Shown one piece after another: positions 1 through 12,273 of a stretch of DNA of 64,000 bases (positions are counted from its first letter, which is position 1; every line of letters begins with the position of its first letter). The DNA lies in assembly GCA_951406725.2 (NCBI GenBank), contig OX597831.1, positions 8,556,001 through 8,620,000 of the forward strand. Direction: 5' to 3'. The position numbers and the translations under genes are program-made. The stretch is from Octopus vulgaris. Lineage: Eukaryota. The notes below the pieces were generated by a model. It searched no databases, had not been told where the DNA came from, and saw only the letters and a list, made by a program, of their open reading frames with translations.

Positions 1-785
1 TTCTTTACACTAAATATTCCGATGTTTCTTGAGGTGAAAAGGTTCAGTAATAGAAGAAGAAGAAAAAAAAAACGGAAAGAAAAGGAAGGAAATAAAGAAA
101 GAACGCTAGAATCGTTGAATGAGCAATAAATATTCGACCATCGATAAAATTACAGACTTCTAATGCTTGACTTTGTAAAAATCATTCATCTATAACCTTT
201 CTCCGGCATTTTATATTTGAATGCTAAGACTTGATTTTGTCAGAAGAAAGAAGGCTTAAGTATTATCTTCAACACCCTGTAACCATCCTATACCAACTTC
301 ATCATTAATCATTTGTTTCGTTGTAACAAGTGAACTGCCGCCATGTTGCTAAGTAACAGCTAGCTCTCAGCTCAAATTTTGCCTTGTCACTTTACATTGC
401 ATTGATGGTTGTTTTTATCCGAAGCTAATACTTCTCCATTATTCCGGCAATCTTAATTACAATTATTAGCGGTTATATTTCATCTTTGGATTTGGCATTT
501 TTCCATTTCGCCATCATGGTCTCGGGGAAACGCTGGCAGAAATGTTTTCAGTCATTTTCCCCAATTGGACGTTCAGTACATTACAACCATACATTATTTA
601 CTTATTCAAGGGCGATTGAATTGGCCAAGTCGGCAACAGCTGCATCTTATAGCGCTGAGATTCAACGGATAATGTCTTGTTCTGCATTGGAACAGAATCA
701 CTTAACTGTCAATCTACCCCACCTTCTGTCCCTTTCGCACACTCTCACGTCCATCCATCCATCTGTATATACATAATATATAAAA

Positions 786-845
<60 letters not shown>

Positions 846-846
<1 letters not shown>

Positions 847-1239
847 TAGCAGTATCGCCCGGCGTTGCTCGGGTTTGTTTCGAGCCTTTAGAATTGGAAT
901 TTTTGAAAATTAAGAATTTTGCATTATGTAGCTTGTTATTCTCTTTAAGTGAACATTTTTCTGTTTGAAATAGACCGAAAAATGGCGACACAGCAGTCAA
1001 AACATCGTAAAAAATAAGGATTTTCATAGAAAAAAAAAGCACCTTTTTGATGTAAATAACTTTTGGTGTTAACATGGTTCGATTTAAAGTTTTTCTTCTA
1101 CGGAAGGAAGAGCAAGACTTCTTATCATACTCTCAATTTTGGTTAATTTGCGCCGCAGGGTCTCGGAGGAGATAGTGTTAGTTGAAGGCTACCAAACCTG
1201 CCATACACAGACAACTTCAGCTTTATGTATATAGAGAGA
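846..1239 (-). mobile_element. Non-autonomous Helitron
   Basis: Minus strand starts TC(TCTCTATATACATAAAG) and ends with the hairpin CCCGAGCAACGCCGGG plus ATACTGCTAG, in A|T context. Same 3' end as 38652-39049. Confidence 0.8.
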
Positions 1240-1291
1240 TAATGTACATATATAATGGAATAATTACTATGAAGCATTGTGTAGTATATTG

Positions 1292-1528
1292 TATAAAGGA
1301 TCATGGATAAGGCCGGAACAATGTGAGGTAAATGCAAGGCAAATCGCAAGAAACAAACATGAATTGATGTAGACTTACTTTGCATCCAATATTTCGTTAA
1401 TCTCTTGAAAATGGAGTCATAACCCCGAAATATCGAATACAAGGTAAGTTTACATAAATTCATATTCTTGTTATAATTTGGCTTGCATTTATTTCGCATT
1501 GTTCCGGCCTTATCCACTCTCCTTTATA
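1292..1528. repeat. Imperfect inverted repeat (~100-bp arms, ~30-bp loop)
   Basis: TGGATAAGGCCGGAACAATG...ATATTTCG (1304-1396) is mirrored by CGAAATAT...CATTGTTCCGGCCTTATCCA (1426-1516). Confidence 0.85.
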
Positions 1529-1551
1529 TATATATATGAGAATAATGTTGA

Positions 1552-1595
1552 CAAAGACTTCGGAGTTTCGGCCTTCTTAACCTTCATCCGATAGG
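1552..1595 (-). ncRNA. Degenerate hammerhead-like motif
   Basis: Minus strand CGGATGA-A-GGTT-AAGAA-GGCC-GAAAC-TCCGAA-GTC. Core has U4>G and helix I is poor. Confidence 0.35.
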
Positions 1596-1765
1596 CTAAG
1601 GCTAAGCAGGTCCAAACTTGGAAGTTACTGTCAAAAACTATTCGTATAAAAGTATAATAAACGTGTACTCTACGCAAGGTATTGAGTAATCCTTTAATAT
1701 AGATTTGCTTTTATTACAACTCAACGTATGGCACTGAGTTGGTCGATTCGTTATTGCATCGGAGT

Positions 1766-2135
1766 GGAGGCGCAATGGCCCAGTGGTTAGGGCAGCGGAC
1801 TCGCGGTTTCGATTCTCAGACCGGGCGTTGTGAGTGTTTATTGAGCAAAAACACCCAAAGCTCCACGAGGCTCCGGCAGGGGATGGTGGTGATCCCTGCT
1901 GTACTCTTTCACCACAACTTTCTCTCACTCTTACTTCCTGTTTCTGTTGTACCTGTATTTCAAAGGGCCGGCCTTGTCACTCTCTGTGTCACGCTGAATA
2001 TCCCCGAGAACTACCTTAAGGGTACACGTGTCTGTGGAGTGCTCAGCCACTTACACGTTAATTTCACGAGCAGGCTGTTCCGTTGATCGGATCAACCGGA
2101 ACCCTCGTGGTCGTAACCGACGGAGTGCTTCCACA
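1766..2135 (+). mobile_element. tRNA-headed SINE, family C
   Basis: A-box TGGCCCAGTGG and B-box-like GTTTCGATTCT. The 3' body is shared with the minus-strand copy at 19590-19880, and the head recurs at 25586-25640. Confidence 0.75.
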
Positions 2136-2330
2136 TTGCATCGGACAAAATGCTTAAGGGCATTTTATCCGGTTCTTGGCTTTCCGAATTCAAATGCCAC
2201 TGAGATCAACTTTGCCTTTCACCCTTTCGGGGGTCCATGAAATAAGTATCTAAGCGCAGACGGGGACGATGTAATCGACTTGCTTCCTCCCCTAAAATTT
2301 CAGGATTTGTGCCTATAACAGAGAGGATTA
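2136..2330 (+). mobile_element. SINE family B (5'-truncated)
   Basis: Motif TTCAAAT...CAACTTTGCCTTTCACCCTTTCGGGGTC...AATAAGTA...GATGTAATCGACTT, shared with more than 10 copies in the window. Confidence 0.75.
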
Positions 2331-2356
2331 TAACTCAACATAAGCACACACACACA

Positions 2357-2431
<75 letters not shown>

Positions 2432-2515
2432 CAAAATTTAGATTCAGACGAAAGTTAAAGGCACCAGAATTTGGTATGGTATTATATCCATATAAATCAA
2501 ATGGGGTGATTATAA

Positions 2516-2739
2516 TCAAAATAAGCAACAAGGATATCCAAGGTAGAGTAGTACAATCGTTTCATGCTACTTCATTTTATTAAACACTGTAAGTAATTGT
2601 CTATTTAATTAAAAACATTCTATATGTGGCTGAAGATTGCTCTGTATTTTAAAACTGATGTAATATATTGTTTAATAAAATGAAGTAGCGTGAAACGATT
2701 GTACTACACTACCTTGGATATCCTTGTTGCTTATTTTGA
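2516..2739. repeat. Inverted repeat, ~70-bp near-perfect arms, ~82-bp loop
   Basis: TCAAAATAAGCAACAAGGATATCCAAGGTAG...TTATTAAACA (2516-2586) has its reverse complement at 2669-2739, followed by (TA)n. Confidence 0.9.
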
Positions 2740-2781
<42 letters not shown>

Positions 2782-3221
2782 CCATCTTTCTTTTCCTGCA
2801 CGAACGTTGAAAAGAGCGGACGTGTTTTTCTTTCTCTCTTCTATCTTTACTCTTTTCAAAAGATTTTTTTCTCCCAGCGTTCACTATTTCCCTCTCGTTC
2901 TGGTCTAACGACCCTCCGTGTTTGTTTTTGCCCTGTTTCCTCACATGTCTCCGCTGTCTTTTTTTTTTTTGTTCCCAACTTTGACCCTTCATACATTACA
3001 AATTATATTATAGAAATTATGGGAGCAACTGTCTTTGAAGACTCATTGTCGTTGAATGCTCGAAATGAGGAGCAGATAGAGAGCCAACAACTGATGAAGG
3101 GTCCTTTCTCTGTGTTTATGCGCCCTGTTTTCCATTTTTTCTTGTTTACACATTTTACTCGTTTCTCTCTCGTTTGTTTACCTATTTCATGTTATTTGCA
3201 GCGTTGGTGACCTCTGTACCC

Positions 3222-3277
<56 letters not shown>

Positions 3278-3901
3278 CTTTAGAGAGACTTAGAAATATT
3301 ATATACATGTATATATTTTTTATATATAATATCTACAGCCGTACCTATTTATCTATGGAAATATTGTATGATAGCCGTCACTTACAAGCCAGTTTTGACT
3401 TGCTAGTATGTAACATACTTCAGCTAAATGGTATAGGAATCTGTATAGTCATGAGCAGGCATTGACGTGCTTTCTGCTCACGGCTGCTTGATCGTGAGCC
3501 TAACAATTTGAAACCGTTGGGTCACGGGTCTTCAACACACACAAACGCACATATAAACGAGCAGGCGTATCTGTTATTTCGTTTGTTTTAGTCATTCGGG
3601 CCAAGTCCTTGCTAGAGAGAGCATCACCGTTTTTGTGTCGTCTCTGCGCATGTCTTGGAAGCTAAAATGTATACATGCATACATACATACACACATACAT
3701 ACACACATACGTATACATATACGCACATGCACAAACACGCACACACAGATTCACACACTTAAACGTACATACATACATACATACATACATACATACATAC
3801 ATACATACATACATACATACATACATACATACATACATACACACACACATATGCAAGCATATAAATACACACTTGCACATAGAAAGAGAGAAAGCGAGAG
3901 A

Positions 3902-3971
<70 letters not shown>

Positions 3972-3994
3972 GAAAAGAGATTATTTCTGTTCTT

Positions 3995-4295
3995 TTTCAC
4001 TTGTTTCTGTCATTGGACTGTAGCCATGCTGGGGCACCACTTCGGAAAACAAATCGGTCACTTTTGCTGAACCGTTAAGTTACGGGGGGCTGTGATCGCA
4101 AGCACCCATACGCACGCAAATCCATATCTTTCTACGTCGGGCTCACATACAGTTTCGGTCTACTAAAATTTATTCCCGAGGCAGTGGTCGGCCTGGATCT
4201 ATAGAAGATCATAATGGTCGAGATACCCCGCAATGGGACTGAACCCGACACCACGTTGTTGTCGAGCGAACTTCTCCACCACACAACCACTGCTT
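3995..4295 (-). mobile_element. Diverged SINE family A copy
   Basis: Reverse complement of the family A tail (GCCATGCTGGGGCACC) and head (GGGACTGAACCCGA...CCACACAACCAC). Confidence 0.7.
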
Positions 4296-4584
4296 CGCCT
4301 TGTGGACATTTGCTTCGATAAGCAGAGCTTCTCGACTCAAATCGTTTATTTACTTTTGTACCTATCATCATTGATGCACCGGGTTACGTCACTAAACTTC
4401 TAAGCATCAATTTTGATCGGCTAAGCTTTGTAGATGTCAAAAATGACCGGCTGACACGCACTTTACAAATCCAGTTTGTATAAACAACAGTAAAAGCAAC
4501 AAATGTTCGAAAGTCTATCATGAAACTCCTTACAGTTATTATCAAAGTTCCAACGACGACACTTCTCTCTTCGGCGTAACCAAC

Positions 4585-4830
4585 CTGGTTACTTGCGAGA
4601 AGCTCATAGTACAGAATTCCTTTCCAATCCCACCAGACACAAAACAAGACTTTTTTAGGGAGAAGACCCGCTTTTGGTGTTGCTAAGGGTGGCTCATGTC
4701 GCTGACCCCAGGATCGCTTTCTCTGAACATTTCGGTAGATAATCCATTTCTCATAACCTATCACCAATTTGCTTTAAAAAAAGGCGCGTTTTCATTCCGT
4801 TTATAAAGCGAATCACGGATGGAAATGCGA
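4585..4830 (-). pseudogene. mariner transposase fragment
   Basis: ORF 4384-4767 begins VIGYEKWIIYRN-RKRSW...PKAGLLPKKVLFCVWWDWKGILYYELL, the mariner TGDEKW / VWWD / YELL region. Confidence 0.9.
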
Positions 4831-4983
4831 TCCAAAAGGGGCCAATTTGCTCGACTCGAGTCGAAAATTCTGCTACCGTGTTTTTGTGTCGTCTTCAAGA
4901 GAAAAAAGATTGGGACTCATGACCGCCAGATCGTGGGTTCGATTCCCAGATCGGGTTGCAAGTTCTTGTGCAAAGTATTTCAG

Positions 4984-5215
4984 CGGCGAGCTGGCAGAAA
5001 CGTTATCACGCCGGGCGAAATGCTTAGCCGTATTTCGTCTGCCGTTACGTTCTGAGTTCAAATTCCGCCGAGGTCAACTTTGCCTTTCATCCTTTCGGGG
5101 TCGATTAAATAAGTACCAGTTACGCACTGGGGTCGATATAATCGACTTAATCCGTTTGTCTGTCCTTGTTTGTCCTCTCTATGTTTAGCCCCTTGTGGGT
5201 AGTAAAGAAATAGGT
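4984..5215 (+). mobile_element. SINE family B with alternative (Tx1-like) tail
   Basis: A-box AGCTGGCAGAA, B-box GAGTTCAAATTCC and family-B body. Tail 5170-5210 matches the LINE end at 27332-27372. Confidence 0.85.
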
Positions 5216-5501
5216 ATTTCATTTCACGTTGCTTTAGTGCTGCATGGGGACCGAGATGTCAAAGAAGAGAACCAACGTTTCCTTTGCATGGCGCAAAAAG
5301 GAAGGTGACTAAAAGATGTCGAAGTAGGATTTACACTCCGACCTCGTACATCCCTCACCAGCAATGACCACTCCTACAAACGGATCCATAGGTTGGAGGA
5401 TCGTCGCTTGTGTGGCGCAAAGACATTCATCCGTCAGGAGTAATAAGGTATCACGAAACAAACGGTGGATGCAGCAACGCACTGTTACAGCGCATGCTCC
5501 A

Positions 5502-5594
<93 letters not shown>

Positions 5595-5601
5595 CACCAC
5601 C

Positions 5602-5651
<50 letters not shown>

Positions 5652-5673
5652 ATACTACTACTACTACTACTAC
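5502..5673. repeat. Compound (TAC)n(CAC)n(TAC)n microsatellite
   Basis: Read directly from the sequence. Explains the poly-Y/T/L ORFs. Confidence 0.98.
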
Positions 5674-6012
5674 TTGTTAATTGAGGTTTTCTGGCAAAGA
5701 AAATTCACCACCTAACTCGGGTTTCTGAAATCCAGTCTGTAACTGGAACAGCCAAAAATATAAAAGGTTTTTCGAAGACATGTAAACCTATTCTGTTGTT
5801 CAGATTAAGTTTCCTGCGAATGAGTTTTGTTTCTTCGTTCGTCAGAAAGAAGTTCCTGTTTCTTTGGACGAATAATTCTAAAATCAAAACAAAACAAACA
5901 AAAACCGAATATAATGTGTGTGTGGGTGTGTGTGTATATACGTACGTACATGCATACACAAACGTATATATTCATGTATTAATGCATTTTTATACGCATG
6001 TGTATACATACG

Positions 6013-6044
<32 letters not shown>

Positions 6045-6310
6045 TATATATATTCACAAAGCGAGGGAGACAGACAATAAATAAATGTACATGTGTATAT
6101 GCGTGTATGTGTATGTGAATATGTATAAACATGTGTGTTTACATGTATGTATATATATATACATACACACACACATATATTTAAGTATTCATATACTTAT
6201 AGACATAATATTTATACATATATATTTACACATACTGTCTCACACACACATATATATATACACATAAATATGCATATATATGTACACATATTTATATATA
6301 CATATAAATA

Positions 6311-6352
<42 letters not shown>

Positions 6353-6450
6353 AACACACATATTTATACATATTCACATACACATACACGCATATACACA
6401 TGTATATTTATTTATTGTCTGTCTCTCTCGCTTTGTGAATATATATATAT
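6045..6450. repeat. Inverted duplication of low-complexity DNA (~105-bp arms)
   Basis: ATTCACAAAGCGAGGGAGACAGACAATAAATAAATGTACATG...TTTACATGT (6052-6146) is mirrored at ~6346-6440. Confidence 0.9.
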
Positions 6451-6483
6451 ATATATGCATGTATATACATGCACACATGCATG

Positions 6484-6557
<74 letters not shown>

Positions 6558-6979
6558 GTATAGAAAAAGCACACATACACACACAGATAAATATTTGCAT
6601 GAACAAACATGCAGAGATGTGGTACACACACACACACACACACAAGCCTCTATAGACATCAATACAAACACACCACATCTACATAACCAGTTTGTGTTCA
6701 TGAAATACGTATAAAATAACGCATACAAACCGATGGTGTGATGACAGCCTTTGATGAGAGGAAACCTGAGCCAGAGCGACTGATAAATTGCTGCCAGCAA
6801 TGGACATGTTCACTTCCTTATAAAAGAAATAAAAGATTCTATTTTCAAAATTTGCATCGAAGGAAAAGAAGACAGTGAAAACATTAATCAATTGTTCACT
6901 GGTTGGCCTGATCAATGTACTGCAATGTCATTTCGGGTAGTGTTTGCCGTTTTAATGTCATTCAAAGCTTATCTCTCTC

Positions 6980-6997
6980 TTTCTTTCTTTCTTTCCT

Positions 6998-7085
<88 letters not shown>

Positions 7086-7087
7086 TC
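6980..7087. repeat. (TTTC)n microsatellite
   Basis: Read directly from the sequence. Confidence 0.98.
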
Positions 7088-7297
7088 GCTTGCTCCTCTC
7101 TCCCTCCCCCCCTCTCTCTCTCTCGCTCTCTCTTTTACTCTTTCTCTTTGCTTGGCTTTCTACCTTTTTCTTTTCTCTCAAACTTTCTCTTACGTGCAAA
7201 AACTGTTGGAAAAAATGACATATGTTTGTCTACAAATTTGCGTGTAGGTATATGTATGTATGTATTTATGCATCTATACATGCATGCATGCTGTATG

Positions 7298-7359
<62 letters not shown>

Positions 7360-7368
7360 TATTTATTA

Positions 7369-7400
<32 letters not shown>

Positions 7401-7912
7401 CACACACACATGCATGTATACGTAAATGTCTATATATGTACATATACACCGATGCACTTACATATATATTCACATATATATATATATATACTTGTAAGTT
7501 TTTTGTCCGCGAGAGGGAGAGGGAGGGAGAGAGAGAGAGAGAAGGAGAGAAGGAAAGGGAGATAATAAAGTTAGACGAAATCGGGAAGAGAAACAGTATG
7601 AAAAAGATCAACACAAAAGACAAAGAAATAAATAAAAGCAGTTAAAGAGCCAGATAAGAAAGACAGTAAAACATAAAACTCAAAGTAGGCATAGCATTAG
7701 CAACAACAACAACAGCAGAATTAACAAAATGGACAATAAAGAAGTGAAACGAAAACCAAAGCCAAAAATATTCTCCCCACCGAAAAAACGAAGCAAAACG
7801 AAAATATAAAAAACGAGTAAAAATGAAAGCAAAAACAGACCAGATTAGGAATAAAAGAAAAAAATAAATTAGAAAGATGAAAACATGTGATCAATGATGA
7901 AACAGATTTGTG

Positions 7913-8143
<231 letters not shown>

Positions 8144-8179
8144 AATGATTTGTGATATATATATATATATATACTTGTG

Positions 8180-8226
<47 letters not shown>

Positions 8227-8873
8227 GTATACATATACATATACATATATTTATATATATACGTATACATATACATGTATTTATGATATATGTATACATA
8301 TATATTTATACACATATGATGTATGTATGTATGTATGTATGTATGTATGTATGTATGTATGTATGTATGTATGTATCCATTTGTCTGTTGCCAAATATGG
8401 AAGTTGATCGTTAATGCTCTGTAGAAAGTCGAAAGAGAAGAGTAAAAAGAATTAAATACAAACTCGAGAAAGCGTTTCCTTTTTAAGGGTCATTCTGTTG
8501 TGGTCAATGGCTGTTAATTAACTTTTGTTAGTAAAAATGACAAGCTTTCTCTTTTCACGTAAGTAAAAGTCTCCAAGGTGGGGGGATGTGGTGGGTGGGT
8601 GGGGGAGAAAAGTACCTCCTCCACTTTCCCTCCACACCTCCTTCCTCTCATCCTCCTCCGCCTCCCCCCAGTGAAAGATGATGGTTGGGAGAAAGGTGAG
8701 GGAATGTTAGGATTTCTCGTGGTGCGTGTGTAATTTCATCATCATCATCATCATCATCATCATCCCCATCATCGTCGTCATGGTGACGATGATCGTCATC
8801 ATCATCGTCATCAGCGCCGTCATTACTGTAGTTCTCATCATAATCATCATAATCATCATCGTGATCATCCTGA

Positions 8874-9075
8874 AGGCGGCGAGTTGGCAGAATCGTTAAC
8901 CCGAAGGACCAAATGCTTAACGGCATTTCGTCCGTATTTATGTTCTGAGTTCAAAGCCCGCCGAGCTCGACTGTCTTTCCTCCTTTCGGAGTCAACAAAA
9001 TAAGTACCAGCTCTATGTAATCGACTTGATCGTCCCATAAACATTGCTGGCCTTGGGCTAAAATTAGAAAGAACT
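8874..9075 (+). mobile_element. SINE family B
   Basis: AGGCGGCGAGTTGGCAGAATCGTTA...TTCTGAGTTCAAA...CCTTTCGGAGTC...TAAGTACCAG. Confidence 0.8.
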
Positions 9076-9422
9076 CTAATGCTATTTACTAAAACCGTGT
9101 GTGTGTGTGTTTGTGTGCCACTATATATATATATATATATATATATAATACCATATGACTCTGTTATTATCTAGTGTAACAATTTTAAAATGATGATAAT
9201 AGAATCAATAATGTAGGCGATTGCAGGCCGCCCCCAAAGCATTAACTAGCTGAAGGATTAAAATTAATCAAAAGACATACTAAATATGCCTAACCACTGG
9301 AAATAATAGTCAAAACTCTTATTTAAATCGCCAAAATACATTCATAATAAGCTACATAAATCAAGTGTCTGAAGGCAAACGGGCTACGACAATCTCTCGG
9401 CATATATTGAAGTATTTGGACT

Positions 9423-9474
9423 CACGTGGACCGGTTTCTGCACTGGCAAATAGCCTCACCTTCCTCAGCACGTA
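9423..9474 (-). ncRNA. Type-I hammerhead ribozyme motif (mirror of 15267-15318)
   Basis: TACGTG-CTGAGGA-[helix II]-GAAA-CCGG-TC-CACGTG on the minus strand. Confidence 0.7.
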
Positions 9475-9505
9475 TTACTATGATAGAGACTCCCAACCTG
9501 TTGTG

Positions 9506-9583
<78 letters not shown>

Positions 9584-9797
9584 AAGTAGGAAATAAAGGC
9601 ACAACAATGTCCCAATGTTTGCTGGAAATAGCAGTCGATAACCGTACAACGCTATTGTAAACCTTCACTGAATGTATAGAGGCAAAGATGTTGTGCTACT
9701 ATTTCCTATTTATAATTTAACCTTTACGGTGCTTATCACTGGAAAATAATACTATAGTATTGTAATAATACTTATGATTTATACACACACACGCACA

Positions 9798-9850
<53 letters not shown>

Positions 9851-10036
9851 CTACAAAATTAGAAAATGGAGAAACATACTTAAATCAATAAAACATCAAC
9901 TATCAGATGATACCCAATCAATACTTTATTACACCATTACATATCAGTAAAGGCATTATACAAAATATATAGTAAATATAAATAGACAAGGAAATAGAAA
10001 TATAAAATATAAAATATAATATGTAATTATATCATA

Positions 10037-10146
10037 TCTGACAGCTGTTTCGGCAGTAAGGGCAGTCATACCTCATTTAACCTATAAGCCATAAAGGCAG
10101 GTATAAATGAGGCATTAACAAGGATGCCCCACGGCCTCTTCAGAGA
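10037..10146 (-). ncRNA. Type-I hammerhead motif with 85-nt helix II
   Basis: TCT-CTGAAGA-GGC...ATGCCTCATTTA...TAAATGAGGTAT...GCC-GAAA-CAGCTG-TC-AGA. Core intact, G10.1-C11.1 pair, GUC triplet. Confidence 0.7.
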
Positions 10147-10622
10147 ATTTAATTTGTTATAATTGTGAAAAAATTATTTTTCCATATACATATAAATATA
10201 AAAATATAAAAATGTAAAATATAAAAACTTGTGCATAAACTCCATAATGCTACACATATATAATACTCATTGATACAATAATGCAAGGTAAACAAAACAA
10301 AATAAAACAAAATATATATCAGTGTATATATTAATATTAATAAGCACAGTTATTTTACATATTTGGCTAATATATATATATATATATTTATTGTAGGATA
10401 AAATGTTTTCGAAAAATACATTTTATCAATGGCCAGCATATTAAAAGATACCATTAAAATTTAAACTTATAAACAACTTATAAATAAAGGCAAACAAAAA
10501 ATTTCTGATGCCAAATATGCCGAACTTAGACACATTGTCCATAACCATTATAATTTTTTTCACAATACGCACGCTTCTCAAAAAAGGTCGAGAAAAATTT
10601 CTAAAAATTTCCATTATTACCA

Positions 10623-10675
10623 TATCGGACCGATCTCAGGGTTAGTTCGTAAGAACCCTCCCTTCGTCAGTGATA
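10623..10675 (-). ncRNA. Degenerate hammerhead motif
   Basis: TATCA-CTGACGA-AGGG..GGTT-CTTACG-AACT..CCCT-GAGA-TCGG-TC-CGATA. GAAA is mutated to GAGA. Confidence 0.55.
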
Positions 10676-11016
10676 AATGTGGCAAAGAAATAAATGAGAT
10701 ACTTACTCATACCCATGGAAGAAGCAAACACTAAGCCATGAGTAAATTAAGTACCCCAAATACATCCAAAATAGAAATTCTCCAGCCCCTTTTGAGACAC
10801 GTGCGCTTTGAACTGAGGCTCTTCACAGATTGAAGGATCTGGAAGTGAACACTATTAAATTTATATTTAATGTAGGATAAAACTTTTTCGAAAAAAAATT
10901 TAATCAATGGCCAGCATATTAAAAAATACCTTTAAGGGTTAAACTTAAAAACAACTTATAAATAAGGGCCAACGAAAAAATTTCTAATGCCAAATATGCC
11001 GAATTTAGACACATAA

Positions 11017-11095
<79 letters not shown>

Positions 11096-11189
11096 TATAT
11101 CACCATATCACCGCATTATCATACTATCAGATGTTGTTACACTTCGCTGGTCACAATGCGCTGCCTCACAATATTTTTAGCTTTTCGAA

Positions 11190-11352
11190 TAATTACACCT
11201 GGACGGAACGCTAGTCCATCGCAAGGTAAACTCATTTGCAGCTGAGTGAACTTGAGCAACATGAAATGAAGCGTTTTGCTCAAGAACACCGGCTTGGGAA
11301 TAGAAAGCGCGACCACGCGATCGTAACTGCAACACGGTAACCACTTGGCCAC
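11190..11352 (-). mobile_element. tRNA-headed SINE with CORE-like and V-domain-like segments (mirror at 14697-14858, +)
   Basis: TGGCCAAGTGG A-box, then GTGTTCTTGAGCAAAAC, then CCTTGCGATGGACTAGCGTTCCGTCCAGGTGT resembling the V-SINE domain (recalled consensus). Confidence 0.6.
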
Positions 11353-12273
11353 GCACGCATGCACGCACTAACGCACGCACGCACTCACGCACGCACGCAC
11401 GCACGCACCACGCACTCACGCACGCACGCACGCACGCACACGCACAGACGCACGGACGCACTCACACACGCACGCACACTTTAAAGCTGTGGTTTGTAGG
11501 TCTGTGAGTCAAAATGGAGGTAGAGCAGCAAACAGAAACAACAAATAATTGTAGTCAGAAGTAGATTGGGCAGCAAACGAAGGTCCAGATGACAGCCACG
11601 CTTCCCTACCGCAATACACACCATGTACAATGTAAACTGTTCTGGTTTAACTGAGTCGTCAAAGACGAAACCTCAGCACCCATGTTTTTCCAGATGCACC
11701 ATATAACTAGGGGACTCCTTCACAAAGGAATAGTAGACACTCCAAACTTATTAAATGCAAGCTAAGGTCAGGCCTTCTTGTCACGTGATGAAAGATTTGT
11801 AATTCAGACGTTTCTTTATTTTTCAAGTTTTGGGCACGGTTGACCCTTTTTATACTCTCCCACGAAAATTCCACAACAAACACTCTTGCCTAAGAAGAAA
11901 CCAAGACATGTTTGTGATCTGATGGCGCAGAAATGAAAAACGGGTGCGAATCGTGGGCAGAAGATACTAACTGAGAAGAGACGGAATATCATAGATTTTG
12001 AAATGAAATATTATAGAACATTCCTTCATATTCCAAGACTAAACATCAAAGTAAAGAGAAGGCTCTGAAGGAAATGGCTGAAATGACAGCGAACTAACAT
12101 CAATCATTTATTATATAGAGGAAATTAACAGGTTTGGACATGCAACACGACGTCCAAATCCCTTCAAAGACAGAAGCTCAACGTAGTCGCTAGAAATGCT
12201 TGAAGTGCAGCCAGCTCTCAAATCAAACGTTGCTATCTTTAATTCGTGGATGGATGTGTATAATAGTGTAGTC

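Larger units (their letters stand above)
9850..11020 (-). mobile_element. Putative Penelope-like non-coding elements between (TA)n tracts, present only in the left arm
   Basis: Bounded by (TA)n at 9801-9849, ~10371-10387 and 11021-11100. Contains two hammerhead motifs and a ~150-bp direct repeat (~10385-10535 / ~10863-11014). Confidence 0.55.

Noticed and set aside
1766-1830. tRNA genes at SINE heads (also 29875, 40400 etc.)
   Set aside because: A/B boxes are present, but there is no complete cloverleaf and the sequence continues into SINE bodies.
2625-2670. CTGAAGA...AAAAC-TGAT-GTA in the loop of the 2516-2739 hairpin
   Set aside because: G12 is missing and the helices are weak, so it is not supportable.
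3030-3130. CTGATGA-AGGG...CCCT and upstream TTGAAGA...GAAA as hammerheads
   Set aside because: The first lacks GAAA after the stem, and the second lacks a valid core and helix III.
5820-5850. Minus-strand CTGACGA-ACGAA-GAAAC
   Set aside because: No helix II or III is possible, so this is a chance match.
8735-8870. Asp-rich ORF 8648-8926
   Set aside because: Degenerate (CAT)n microsatellite.
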